64,000 nt of DNA from Chloroflexota bacterium (GCA_018263575.1 JAANWX010000107.1:127-64126), one strand, 5' to 3'. Shown: positions 26,316-35,631, numbered from the stretch's first letter. Notes: generated from the letters alone by a model not told the origin. Made by a program: numbers and translations.

Positions 26316-28046
26316 CTACAGAGATTCAACTAATTGATTTATGTTCTTCAAAATATTTTGAGCCGCTTTCTTATTTGCCGCGTTGACTCCCCCTAACATT
26401 TGAGACAGTTCGTTTACGCGCTCTTCATTTGTTAGCAGGTGTACTTGGGTAAGGGTGCGCCCATTTTCAATTCGCTTTTCAACATGGAGATGTTGTTCTC
26501 CAAAACCTGCCAATTGGGGAAGATGCGTGATGCAAAAGACCTGGTGCTGAGCAGCCAGTTTCCTCAACTTATAGCCCACTATAGCGCCCACTCTTCCTCC
26601 AATGCCTTGATCAATTTCGTCAAATACCAAGGTGGAAATGTTATCAGCTTTGACCAGGACCTGTTTCAAGGCCAACATCAGCCGAGAAGTTTCTCCGCCG
26701 GAGGCAACTCTGGCCAAGGGTTTGAAACCTTCTCCGGGGTTAGTCTCAATCAAGAATTCTATTTTTTCCAAGCCGTTCTGGGTATAAGCTAGATGGCGGC
26801 CATCCCCCACCGGTACACCATCTGGATCGGGCGACTGGTCAAAATTCACGCGGAAACGTGCCTGAGCCATACGCAAATCTTCCAATTCATTTTCCAAGGC
26901 TGCTGCCATTTTCTCGGCACCGGCCTTTCGTTGGTGCGTTAGGGATTGGCCTTTTTGCCCCAATTCAATAAGAAGCTGCTCTTTCAATTTTCCTAACTCG
27001 TCAATGCGAGCGCTGGAAGTAGCAAAAGTCTCCAACTCAGCCCTAGCCTGTTCAGCATAGTCCAAAATCTCAGAAATGGTCTGACCATATTTTCGCTTCA
27101 GTGAACGGATCAAGTTCAAGCGATCTTCAACGTTCCTGAGTTGAACAGGGTCAAACTCTAGCGACTCCATGTAAGTGGTCAAATCATGACCAAATTCCGT
27201 CATCTCCTCGAATAATTCCTGAATTTTTTCGTCCAATGGAGCCTGGGATGGGTCAATAGCAACCAAGTTTTTTATGTCAGACACCATCCGCCCTAAGAGA
27301 TCCATGACTGTGGGACGATCTGGGGGAGCATCATCAAGGTAAACTAGGGTGTTTTGACTAAGTTCAGCCAGTTTTTCCGCATTTGCCAAACGTTTATGTT
27401 CGTACTTCAACTCCTCATCTTCCCCTTCGATGAGATCGGCGGATTCAATCTCATTTAATTGATAGGTCAACAACTCAGAACGGCGAGTGGCCTCATGCTC
27501 AATTTTTTCTAAACTTATTAATTCTTGCTGAACATTCTGTAATTCCCGATAAGTTTCTTGGTAAGACTTCAAGGCATCGTCAACGTGCGCATAGCGATCC
27601 AATAGACCCTCATGCTGGTTAACGCGCATAAGCGAGAGATGGTCAGATTGCCCGTGAATGTCGATCAGGTATTCCCCCAGTTCTACAAGAAGGCCCACGC
27701 TGGCTCGGTGTCCGTTCACACGCGCTACATTGCGTTTATCCCGCCTAAGTTCACGGCCCAAGCTCAGGTAGTCAGACTCTTCCAAAAGAGCCTCTTTTTC
27801 CAAGAGGGCATGCACGGGTTCTCGCACTTTATCCGGGATACGAAAAACCGCTTCCACGCTAGCCCACTCCGCTCCGCTCCGCAAGTCGGTCATATCGGCC
27901 CGACTGCCAAGCAGCATGCTCAAAGCGCCCATTATGATTGATTTCCCGGCCCCTGTTTCACCGGTCAAGACAACCAGGCCTGGTTTGAAGGCTAATTCAA
28001 GCTCATCTATGATTGCGAAGTTCTTTATTCGAAGTTCAACTAGCAT
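26316..28046 (-). CDS. recN: DNA repair protein RecN
   Basis: LRIKNFAIIDELELAFKPGLVVLTGETGAGKSII, a coiled-coil middle, and C-terminal SGGE and VFDEIDQGIGG motifs. Confidence 0.95.
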   Translation of the reverse strand: MLVELRIKNFAIIDELELAFKPGLVVLTGETGAGKSIIMGALSMLLGSRADMTDLRSGAEWASVEAVFRIPDKVREPVHALLEKEALLEESDYLSLGRELRRDKRNVARVNGHRASVGLLVELGEYLIDIHGQSDHLSLMRVNQHEGLLDRYAHVDDALKSYQETYRELQNVQQELISLEKIEHEATRRSELLTYQLNEIESADLIEGEDEELKYEHKRLANAEKLAELSQNTLVYLDDAPPDRPTVMDLLGRMVSDIKNLVAIDPSQAPLDEKIQELFEEMTEFGHDLTTYMESLEFDPVQLRNVEDRLNLIRSLKRKYGQTISEILDYAEQARAELETFATSSARIDELGKLKEQLLIELGQKGQSLTHQRKAGAEKMAAALENELEDLRMAQARFRVNFDQSPDPDGVPVGDGRHLAYTQNGLEKIEFLIETNPGEGFKPLARVASGGETSRLMLALKQVLVKADNISTLVFDEIDQGIGGRVGAIVGYKLRKLAAQHQVFCITHLPQLAGFGEQHLHVEKRIENGRTLTQVHLLTNEERVNELSQMLGGVNAANKKAAQNILKNINQLVESL

Positions 28047-28050
28047 ATCA

Positions 28051-28572
28051 TTAGCTGATTCTATAATAAACCGTGGTAGTAATAATTATGGAGTAAACTC
28101 CCCGCCAAATCACGGGCAAAATCATGCCCAGTAATCCCACCTCACCTTGAAAAAGCAAGGATAGTATATCCATGAACAACAAGGGCATACTGGCTAGGAG
28201 AGCGGAAGCAGCGACTGCCCAATAAAGTCGGGGAGAACGACGATTTTTGATAACTTTGCGGACCGCGGCCACAACAAGCATGGCTACAAGGGGAGCAACA
28301 AAGATTGTATAAAATCCAAACGGAGCTGAAAATAAACTCCCTAAAAAAGATAAAATACCTGCCACCAGTGTACCGGTGAGGTAATCGTACCACTTCACAG
28401 TGACAAATGTTTTTTTCTGTTTGCGAATACAATCAGGGCAGCGATAGCCTGTGGGTGTGAGTTGAGCACATTTTATGCAGATGGACTGCTCACACCGGTT
28501 ACAACGCAAACGAGTTTCTCGTTTAGGGTGGATAGCACAAGTGAGTGGTGGTGAACTTTCATTCATCATCAT
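28051..28572 (-). CDS. Membrane protein with N-terminal B-box/zinc-ribbon
   Basis: CAIH..RCNRCEQSICIKC...YRCPDC followed by 4 TM helices. It overlaps nadK by 4 nt. Confidence 0.55.
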   Translation of the reverse strand: MMMNESSPPLTCAIHPKRETRLRCNRCEQSICIKCAQLTPTGYRCPDCIRKQKKTFVTVKWYDYLTGTLVAGILSFLGSLFSAPFGFYTIFVAPLVAMLVVAAVRKVIKNRRSPRLYWAVAASALLASMPLLFMDILSLLFQGEVGLLGMILPVIWRGVYSIIITTTVYYRIS

Positions 28573-29420
28573 TTGTCTATGGATGGATTACGGTTCATAT
28601 GCGGTGTCAGGTTGCGATAAAAATAGCCCAAATCTTCAAAACGGATAAAGTGGACAACGTGTTGACTAGCCTTGACTTCTACATAGTCATCGGACTTGAG
28701 TTTAATGGAAGGTTGGCCATCAATGGAAAGAACCGCTTCATGGTCAGTGTGTGCCGTTACGGAAATTTCCGTTCCTTCCGCCAAGACAATGGCTCGCTCA
28801 ATAGAAAGGTGGGGGGCCACAGGGACAAGGAGAATATTGTGTAATTCAGGGGGTAAAATTGGCCCACCGGCCGCCATGGCGTAAGCCGTAGACCCGGTAG
28901 GCGTAGCAAGGATGATACCATCAGCAACATACGTGCTCAAAAACCGCCCATCTACATGCGTTTCCAATTGAATGGGACGAACTTGTCTCCCACGGCTAAT
29001 GACAGCGTCGTTGAGGGCATCCCATTCTCCGATCTTTTCCCCACCCCGCCACTGAGTCACTTCTATCATCATCCGATTTTCAATCCGAAATTCACCTTTT
29101 AACAGAAGGTCGAGAGCTTCTTCCCATTCTGAACGGTCGCTTTCGGTAAGAAATCCAAATTTGCCTAAATTGATACCAAGAATAGGAATCCCATTCGGAG
29201 CGCATAAGTGCCCGGCGCGAAGCATGGTGCCATCCCCCCCCAAGGCAATCAGCAAATCCTGATCCGCAACAGAAAGGTCAGGAAATACGCCCAAGACAGT
29301 GTCTAGGCCTTCTTCTCGGAGATGATAGGCTATTTTTTCGGCAAGCCGGAATGCTTCCTGGAATTTAGGATGTGTTCCTATAGCTACTTTTCGAAATGCT
29401 AATTTTTTTTCTACCATCAA
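28569..29420 (-). CDS. nadK: NAD kinase
   Basis: GGDGTMLRA, NDAVISRG and PTGSTAYAMAAGGPI motifs. 283 aa. Confidence 0.9.
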   Translation of the reverse strand: MMVEKKLAFRKVAIGTHPKFQEAFRLAEKIAYHLREEGLDTVLGVFPDLSVADQDLLIALGGDGTMLRAGHLCAPNGIPILGINLGKFGFLTESDRSEWEEALDLLLKGEFRIENRMMIEVTQWRGGEKIGEWDALNDAVISRGRQVRPIQLETHVDGRFLSTYVADGIILATPTGSTAYAMAAGGPILPPELHNILLVPVAPHLSIERAIVLAEGTEISVTAHTDHEAVLSIDGQPSIKLKSDDYVEVKASQHVVHFIRFEDLGYFYRNLTPHMNRNPSIDK

Positions 29421-29462
29421 GAAGTATTATATCTATGAAACAGATAAAAGCAAGAGCCGCTG

Positions 29463-30008
29463 CTATTCAACCCTATCCTGCGCTAAAGCCTGGTTACATT
29501 TAGAGCGATAGCCACATTTTGCACACCGAACGGGGGCGTTATGCTCTCTATTTACGTTCGTCTGAAGCTCGTGACGGCGCATGCTGGCCAACACTTCCAG
29601 AAAGCGGCCTTCAAGTTCCTGTGTGTATTTAATACGGAATGTCTTCTGCGGGTAATGCAGAATACCATAGGAGGGACGCTGTTGGTATTCTTTTTCTGCC
29701 AGGGCGCAATAAGCTGCCAATTGCAAAATATGTCCTTCGTAAGGGGTGTTTTTAACCTGGCTAGATTTTACTTCGACGGGGATAATCTCACGGCCATGCT
29801 CCACCAAATAATCTGGCTTGCCTGTCAGTTTCAACGTGGGATCATAGAGCGCTTCTTCGACATCTCCCCATTTTCGGGTATCAGCGTAGATGACTTTACC
29901 TCTTGGCAAAGCAGCAGATTCCCGTTGACGGCTAGAGATCAAGACCAAAATTATTGCCGCTAGGATTGCTAAAAGCGCGAAAAACAACATAAGGGGAAAG
30001 TGGAGCAC
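29463..30008 (-). CDS. Cas4-like PD-(D/E)xK nuclease, C-terminal part (TM helix plus catalytic core plus CX2CX5C)
   Basis: GKPDYLV...PVEVKSS (D...ExK), QLAAY (QxxxY), RCAKCGYRSKC, and an N-terminal TM helix. GTG start in the ORF track. Confidence 0.65.
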   Translation of the reverse strand: MLHFPLMLFFALLAILAAIILVLISSRQRESAALPRGKVIYADTRKWGDVEEALYDPTLKLTGKPDYLVEHGREIIPVEVKSSQVKNTPYEGHILQLAAYCALAEKEYQQRPSYGILHYPQKTFRIKYTQELEGRFLEVLASMRRHELQTNVNREHNAPVRCAKCGYRSKCNQALAQDRVE

Positions 30009-30059
30009 AATGGCATGAGACCACAGGGAGGCCGGGACGTAAGTGAGTGTGGGAAGTTC

Positions 30060-30311
30060 CTAGACAAAGCGCTGAGTCAAGTAGATAGTGAGTAATACCA
30101 AAGCCACCAAGACTAAGATATAGGCCAAGAGGCGTAGCAACCCACTTATAAAAACTTGCACACCATGTTGATGATGAACATCACGTCCAATTACTAGCTC
30201 ATGTTCATTTCGAGGTTTTACACCTTTCAGGCCATACCACCAGGCTCGTTTGCAGTATGCGTAGGCGCTGAACTCAGAAGCTTTTAATACGCGTTTGTTC
30301 TTGCTTAACAT
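30060..30311 (-). CDS. Cas4-like nuclease, N-terminal part (first Cys motif plus TM helix)
   Basis: SEFSAYAYCKRAWWY resembles the Cas4 N-terminal Cys segment, and the C-terminus is a TM helix. It is in the same frame as 29463-30008, separated by TAG plus 17 sense codons. Confidence 0.6.
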   Translation of the reverse strand: MLSKNKRVLKASEFSAYAYCKRAWWYGLKGVKPRNEHELVIGRDVHHQHGVQVFISGLLRLLAYILVLVALVLLTIYLTQRFV

Positions 30312-30328
30312 GAGTGTTTTTCCCAGAA

Positions 30329-30652
30329 TTACTCGTCAGAAGAGCTAGATGGGCGAAACAAGGAGGCGGCTAAGGAGGTAGATCCGGGGGATTTAATTTC
30401 ACCAAATTTCTTTTCATATTTAGCAAGATTTTCCCCTAAAGCTCGATAGAATAATTTGGCACTCAAGGGGCTCATGATAATACGCGCCTCCACTTCGGGT
30501 TTTTTTTGCCCCGGGAGCATACGCGCAAAATCAAACACCATTTCAGAAAATGAGTGTGTGATTCTCACCATGTTTGCATACTGAGCTTCCAAATCAGGAG
30601 GCACTTCAACTGAAAGCAGTTTCTTCACCTTTTCTTCTTCATTTTGGCTCAT
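30329..30652 (-). CDS. DUF3467-like protein
   Basis: 107 aa. YANMVRITHSFSEMVFDF...IIMSPLSAKLFYRAL matches my recollection of DUF3467. Confidence 0.55.
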   Translation of the reverse strand: MSQNEEEKVKKLLSVEVPPDLEAQYANMVRITHSFSEMVFDFARMLPGQKKPEVEARIIMSPLSAKLFYRALGENLAKYEKKFGEIKSPGSTSLAASLFRPSSSSDE

Positions 30653-30752
30653 AGTTACAATTCCCTTTTTCCGCTAATTGGCCGTAAACTACATGGCGGC
30701 CGTACAATGCACGGCGGCCATACAATACATAGCTAATGATCCATCCCTTTCC

Positions 30753-31178
30753 TTAGAAAGGAATCTCGTCTTCTTGGACAGGAGCTGGGCCTCCAGAATC
30801 ACCAGACTTCGCTTGATAAGCCTCGTCTTCCGCTTTACTGGATAAGAAAACCACTCGTCGGGCCGTGATCTCAAAGCTAGCTCCTGGCGTGCCATCCTGG
30901 CGGGTCCAAATGCGCGGGCTGCCGGTTTCGGGATCGGGCCGGAGACGGCCTTCCACTAGAACACGGCTACCCTGGCGCAGCCATTGATTGACCGCTTCTC
31001 CCTGGCTGCCCCAAACTGAAACGCGGAACCAAGTTGTTTCCTCAGCCCGCTCACCATCATTTGTGGTCCACCTGCGGTTCGTGGCAACGTTGATATTGGT
31101 AACAGCCTGTCCGCTGGGGGTGTAACGCATTTCCGGATCGCGGCCTAAGTTTCCTACAATAGTAATTTTTTGATACAT
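30753..31178 (-). CDS. ssb: Single-stranded DNA-binding protein
   Basis: OB-fold N-terminus (ITIVGNLGRDPEMRYTPSG), W..V..WG, and an acidic tail ending EDEIPF. Confidence 0.95.
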   Translation of the reverse strand: MYQKITIVGNLGRDPEMRYTPSGQAVTNINVATNRRWTTNDGERAEETTWFRVSVWGSQGEAVNQWLRQGSRVLVEGRLRPDPETGSPRIWTRQDGTPGASFEITARRVVFLSSKAEDEAYQAKSGDSGGPAPVQEDEIPF

Positions 31179-31303
31179 GATAACTTCTCCTTGTTAACGA
31201 CGAAAACGAGAGTCAATCTTGGTTACTGATAACGATCACCATTATACAATGTTTTTGCCTAAAGCGTGAGGAATGAAGCATAAAAGAGGAAACGTGAAAA
31301 TGG

Positions 31304-31338
31304 AAAACGTGAGCTTACGCATCACGCCTTCACGTTTT
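31304..31338 (-). terminator. Candidate terminator of the 330-aa gene
   Basis: Minus-strand AAAACGUGA-(17 nt)-UCACGUUUU, then CCAUUUU. It overlaps the stop codon region. Related ACGTGA copies are at 31264 and 31292. Confidence 0.4.
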
Positions 31339-32329
31339 AACCTTCATCCTCAGCCCACTTCCGGGCCCGGTCGAATAATTCTTCTAGAGGGCGCAGCTCT
31401 TTAACTGGGAAGACAAGATTCTCGACCAAGGTCTTCCTGCCAGAGAATAAAAGTCGCCCAGGCGGTAAACGGTGAGCCTCACGCGCAAACGTTTCTCCGG
31501 GCAAATATCCTCCAAAAATTATTCTCATGCCGTAGACCCAAATATTATCCCATTGCCTAGGAGAGATGAGATAAGCTTTCTCACATTGAGGGCTGCGCAA
31601 TCCCACCACACCATCGGGCCGTTTTTCGACCCTCACATAACGCAAAGAAAAAAACTTCTCCGGGACAACGAGGCGCGTCCTCGGCGGGAGATCCACGTGC
31701 GCGGCTTGGAAGGTTCGCTTTGCGTTTTGACCTCCTACAATAACAGAGGCCCGCCCAGAAGTATCGCACTTTAAAACAATTTCTCCCAGAGTCTCCCGTT
31801 GTTTAGCATGGAATTTCTCAGGGGGCAAAATATGGACTAGATAAATCTCTTGCCCGCTTTCTAAAGCTTGTTCCACCCGCTGCCGGGTATCAGCAAGCAA
31901 GCCTGTTAGAAAAGCAAAAACATAAATCCTGTCCCGCACCTGAGGTACACCAGGAACCCGTTCCGAAGGGACAGCAACCTGAGCAGATAATAAAGCCTCG
32001 GGAGTTTGATGGACTTGTTGGATAAGGTCTCGCTCTGAAAGGAACTCGGTCCTCAGAACGCATTCCCGTCCGCCCAATTCAAGATCACTATCTTCCGGGT
32101 TAGCAAAACGTGTCCTTCTCCACACGCTGTGTGGAATCCCCCGGTCTACCAAATAACGTTTGAAGGCCAGTTCTACCCCTTTGGAAGCCACAATTTGGCG
32201 CAAACGCTTAGGAGCAATTTTATGACTTGGGAACTGGAAATAAGGCAAGGACCGCAGCCCATAAGCGATCCCAGCTTGGGTCAGATCATCACTATACTCA
32301 AGCCTTATGAAATCCGGAGTGCTAACCAT
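31337..32329 (-). CDS. Hypothetical protein
   Basis: 330-aa ORF with coding-like composition. No motif recognised. Confidence 0.55.
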   Translation of the reverse strand: MVSTPDFIRLEYSDDLTQAGIAYGLRSLPYFQFPSHKIAPKRLRQIVASKGVELAFKRYLVDRGIPHSVWRRTRFANPEDSDLELGGRECVLRTEFLSERDLIQQVHQTPEALLSAQVAVPSERVPGVPQVRDRIYVFAFLTGLLADTRQRVEQALESGQEIYLVHILPPEKFHAKQRETLGEIVLKCDTSGRASVIVGGQNAKRTFQAAHVDLPPRTRLVVPEKFFSLRYVRVEKRPDGVVGLRSPQCEKAYLISPRQWDNIWVYGMRIIFGGYLPGETFAREAHRLPPGRLLFSGRKTLVENLVFPVKELRPLEELFDRARKWAEDEG

Positions 32330-32344
32330 ATTTTAGGGATAACC

Positions 32345-32359
32345 AGACCTGACAGGTCT
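32345..32359. repeat. Solo palindrome AGACCTGACAGGTCT (the two MITE termini fused)
   Basis: Identical to the 13-bp TIR of the elements at 12498 and 41262, read into its own complement. It sits in a 33-nt intergenic gap. Confidence 0.7.
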
Positions 32360-32362
32360 ACA

Positions 32363-33133
32363 CTACTCCACCTCGCGCACTACCAGATCAGTGAAACTCA
32401 CCGTGACGGCGTTCTCTCCAACAGAACGAGCGAACACGCCAAAAGAGCCGGAGCGAATCTGATCATCGGTGACAGCGAATTGGAATTCACCATTAATAAA
32501 GAAACGGAGCTCATCCCCCTTGGCCCACACGCCCAAACGAGACTGGCTGGGCGCGGCGGAGGGGACAGAGGCGCTCGGAAGCCAGGGTTGGGGAGAAAAC
32601 GCCGTTCCGCCTACAAGACGATCTAAGCGCACCGCCCCATCACACGACAAAGAATAGCGGTAATATGTTGTGTTCCCCGAGGCCCGAAACATCAAACCAT
32701 ACTCATCTTTGCCGGAACATAAACTGGGGTTGGCCGTGATCTCAACGAAAAAGTCGCTCAGCTTAGGCTCCGCCAAAACACTGTACACAAAAGACTCAGG
32801 TTCATTGATGACCAAATTCAATTCAGATTGACTTACGCTAACACTCCCATCGCCAACCTCTCCTACCGACCATCCCCCCGGAGAGCTGAAATCATCGCTG
32901 AAGATAATCTTGCCGAAGCTGGGAAAAAGCGTGGGAACAGGTGTTTTCGTGGCTGGGATAACTGGCTTCAGCGTTTCGGTCGGCGGAAACCAGGCCACCG
33001 TGGGCGTGGGGGAGGGGGACGGCGTCCCGGTTGAGGTCGGCAAAGGTATGGGTGTAACCACGGATAGGCAGGAGCTTAACCCCAAAGCAACGCTCAGACC
33101 TAAAGAGATGAGGAGGAAAATACAATCTTTCAT
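32363..33133 (-). CDS. Lipoprotein with beta-sandwich (LamG/DUF1080-like) domain
   Basis: Signal peptide and lipobox (LGLSSC), a Pro/Thr linker, then a beta-rich domain of about 180 aa. The domain assignment is a guess. Confidence 0.45.
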   Translation of the reverse strand: MKDCIFLLISLGLSVALGLSSCLSVVTPIPLPTSTGTPSPSPTPTVAWFPPTETLKPVIPATKTPVPTLFPSFGKIIFSDDFSSPGGWSVGEVGDGSVSVSQSELNLVINEPESFVYSVLAEPKLSDFFVEITANPSLCSGKDEYGLMFRASGNTTYYRYSLSCDGAVRLDRLVGGTAFSPQPWLPSASVPSAAPSQSRLGVWAKGDELRFFINGEFQFAVTDDQIRSGSFGVFARSVGENAVTVSFTDLVVREVE

Positions 33134-33191
33134 ATCAATCTAAGTCTCAATAATCTGGGGAAGAAACCCTGTCTCGGTTTTGAGCAGGGGG

Positions 33192-34481
33192 TTAACGCTG
33201 TACAATCTGGTCACGCTCCGGGCCAACGGAGATCAAGTTCACTGGCAAGCCGACCAATTCCTCTATCCGTTGAATGTAGGCTCGCGCTTGTGGGGGAAGA
33301 TTCTCCCAGGCCTGCACGCCCATAATATCCTCCTCCCAACCGGGCAACTCCTCGTACACAGGCTCGAAGGGGGATAAATCGCTAGGGCCAAGGGGGAGAT
33401 TTTCCAACCGGTCACCATTGACCCGATAGCCGGTGCAAATCCGCAAAGGATCAAGGGCGGAGAGGATATCCAGCTTGGTGATGACCAGCTCGGTGAGGCC
33501 GTTGACGCGGGCCGCGTAACGGAGGAGAACCCCATCCAGCCACCCCACCCGGCGGGGGCGTCCCGTGGTGGTGCCGAACTCGTCCCAAGGGTTTTCCCCC
33601 GTCCCCCGAAGGCGGATGGCCGCGTCCCCAAACACTTCCGTCGGGAAAGGGCCTTCCCCCACCCGAGTCTGGAAGGCTTTGGTGACACCGAGCACGCGCC
33701 CCACCTTCCCCACCCCCACACCCAAGCCCACCAACACGCCCGGCGCGGTGGGTGTGGAACTGGTCACAAAGGGGTAGGTGCCATGATCCAAATCCAACAA
33801 AGTGCCCTGCGCGCCTTCCGCTAACACAGACTGGTCACTTTCCAAGGCCTCGGCCAACATGCCTGACACATCCCCCACATAAGGCGCCAGCGTGCGAGCA
33901 TATCCCGCGTATTCCTGGGCGACCGCGTGGGCATCCAGGGGTGGCGTGCCATAAAGCGACGTAAGCTGCCGGTTGACCTTTTCGATATTCGCCTCAATGG
34001 CGTCGGCAAATGTCTCCTGGGAAAGCACCGTTTCCATACGGATTCCGCCTCGGGCCGTTTTGTCGTTGTAGGCCGGGCCAATGCCGCGTTGGGTGGTGCC
34101 AATTTTTTCGTCGCCCCGGGCCATCTCACGGGCCTTGTCCAGGGCAAGGTGACCGGGGGTGATGACGTGCGCGGCGTAGGAAATGCGCACCCGCTCCGGA
34201 TTGATGACCACGCCGGCCTGACGGAGCTTTTCCATCTCTTCGAGGAGAACAATGGGGTTGATGACCATCCCGTTCCCCAACAGGCCAACCGTGTGGGGCT
34301 GAATCACGCCGGAAGGAATCAGGTGGAGCTTGAAAGTTTGCTCTCCCACCGTGACCGTGTGCCCGGCGTTATCCCCGCCTGAGTAGCGGGCCACGAAATC
34401 CGCCTCAGCGGCCAATAAATCTACCACACGGCCCTTGCCCTCATCGCCCCATTGGGCGCCAATTACCATGTTCAATGTCAT
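33192..34481 (-). CDS. purA: Adenylosuccinate synthase
   Basis: GAQWGDEGKGRVVDLL, GGDNAGHTV, TTQRGIGPAY and GTTTGRPRR motifs. 429 aa. Confidence 0.95.
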   Translation of the reverse strand: MTLNMVIGAQWGDEGKGRVVDLLAAEADFVARYSGGDNAGHTVTVGEQTFKLHLIPSGVIQPHTVGLLGNGMVINPIVLLEEMEKLRQAGVVINPERVRISYAAHVITPGHLALDKAREMARGDEKIGTTQRGIGPAYNDKTARGGIRMETVLSQETFADAIEANIEKVNRQLTSLYGTPPLDAHAVAQEYAGYARTLAPYVGDVSGMLAEALESDQSVLAEGAQGTLLDLDHGTYPFVTSSTPTAPGVLVGLGVGVGKVGRVLGVTKAFQTRVGEGPFPTEVFGDAAIRLRGTGENPWDEFGTTTGRPRRVGWLDGVLLRYAARVNGLTELVITKLDILSALDPLRICTGYRVNGDRLENLPLGPSDLSPFEPVYEELPGWEEDIMGVQAWENLPPQARAYIQRIEELVGLPVNLISVGPERDQIVQR

Positions 34482-34526
34482 GAGTATCTCCTAGAAATAT
34501 CAAGGTGGTTAAGCACTCAGTCCCTG

Positions 34527-34640
34527 CCCTCACCCTAACCCTCTCCCAGAGGGAGAGGGGATGGCCTCCTCTCCCTTTGGGACGCTTAGCTCACGGTGTG
34601 CAGCCCGTAGGCTGTGCCTTGGCAAGGACTGAGGTGAGGG
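34527..34640. repeat. CCCTCACC...GGTGAGGG module with additional hairpins nested inside
   Basis: Same outer arms and inner CTCTCCC-AGA-GGGAGAG as 6641-6685, but about 70 nt are inserted. The insert includes CACGGTGTGCAGCCCGTAGGCTGTGCC, which also occurs at 5236-5272. Confidence 0.75.
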
Positions 34641-34954
34641 AGGAGGTGAACAACACACCTCTTGCGTATCTATAGGTTCATTCTAGCATAAATTTGAGAT
34701 AATCGCATGTGGGAATTTGTTCATTCTACTTGACCACCTTTTTTAGAGAACTTGACGCAGAAAACACAAATGGTAAGATATTCCTACTTTCCAAAAATTA
34801 GAAAAAGAATGTCTTACCTAGTACAGTTCGGCACAAGTCCTTGTATGGTTCCAAGGTGCGTTGCACTCCGGTTTTTGGAGTGCATTGCACCTGGATACCC
34901 TCAAAGGACTTCCGCTGTGGAGTACTAGTAAAAGAGTAGCATCTCAATGTTACA

Positions 34955-35031
34955 GGGGGCTGAGACCTCCGAGTTTTTTACGGTGTACAGCCCGTGGGCT
35001 AGTGTACTGCAAACCTCGGAGGTCTTGCCCC
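34955..35031. repeat. GGGGGC-GAGACCTCCGAG ... CCTCGGAGGTCT-GCCCCC hairpin with an inner hairpin
   Basis: The stems are shared with 4024-4062. The loop carries GGTGTACAGCCCGTGGGCTAGTGTAC. Confidence 0.75.
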
Positions 35032-35067
35032 CAGTTTTTGAGAAGATACCGTATAAGGAGGATAAAA

Positions 35068-35364
35068 ATGGAGGAAAAGGGTATGTATCAGGCCCGTCTT
35101 CGCCAAAAAGGACAATTAACTTTGCCTAAGGCATTGCGGGAAAGATTAAGTCTGACCGAAGGCGATCAACTGGTTTTTTACTTTAACGAGGAGAGCGAAC
35201 TTGTTTTGAAACCAGAAATTACGATCTCTGCCGACCAGGCCTGGTTCTGGACTGAGCGCTGGCAAAAAATGGAACGGGAAGCCCAGGAAGATATTGAAAC
35301 TGGAAAACTAACCCGTTACTCGAATGTAGAAGAGGCAATTGAATCTTTGGAGCGTGAGACGTAG
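35068..35364 (+). CDS. AbrB/SpoVT-type antitoxin
   Basis: The start is set at the ATG preceded by AAGGAGG. QARLRQKGQLTLPKALRERLSLTEGDQLVF is an AbrB-like swapped hairpin. The stop abuts the next ATG. Confidence 0.7.
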   Translation: MEEKGMYQARLRQKGQLTLPKALRERLSLTEGDQLVFYFNEESELVLKPEITISADQAWFWTERWQKMEREAQEDIETGKLTRYSNVEEAIESLERET

Positions 35365-35631
35365 ATGCCTGAAATCTATCTTTCGAATCGATTCAAAAAA
35401 GCTTATAGGAAGTTGCCTGAACAACTGCAGAAGAAAGTGAACAAAGCCATGCGATTGTTGGCCGAGGACGTTAGGTACCCATCGCTAAGAACAAAGCCTG
35501 TTCAAGGGGCTTCGGGGATTTATGAGGCCAGAGTCGACAGAGGGTGCCGAATGACCTATGAAAGATTGCCCGGTGATGCTCTACTCTTGCGTGTGGTTGG
35601 AGAGCATGATCAAGTTTTGAGGAATCCTTAG
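35365..35631 (+). CDS. ParE/RelE-superfamily toxin
   Basis: 88 aa. FKKAYRKLP...Q.KV..A...L and YEARVDRGCRMTYE..GD.L.L..VG.HD fit the RelE/ParE fold pattern. Confidence 0.65.
   Translation: MPEIYLSNRFKKAYRKLPEQLQKKVNKAMRLLAEDVRYPSLRTKPVQGASGIYEARVDRGCRMTYERLPGDALLLRVVGEHDQVLRNP

Noticed and set aside
30695-30726. Direct repeat GGCGGCC(G/A)TACAAT x2 between ssb and the DUF3467 gene as a regulatory site
   Set aside because: There are only two short copies, and nothing beyond the repeat itself supports a function. It could not be evaluated further.
31255-31336. Five ACGTGA/TCACG(T/C) copies upstream of ssb as a possible SOS or operator array
   Set aside because: They do not match any LexA box I know. 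The strongest pair forms a 9-bp hairpin followed by a U-rich run right after the upstream gene's stop, so a terminator is the more economical reading. This is kept only as a low-confidence terminator feature.
34861-35067. 69-codon upstream extension of the AbrB-type antitoxin ORF
   Set aside because: It runs through repeat modules. The internal ATG at 35068 has an AAGGAGG SD and gives a typical antitoxin of about 98 aa.
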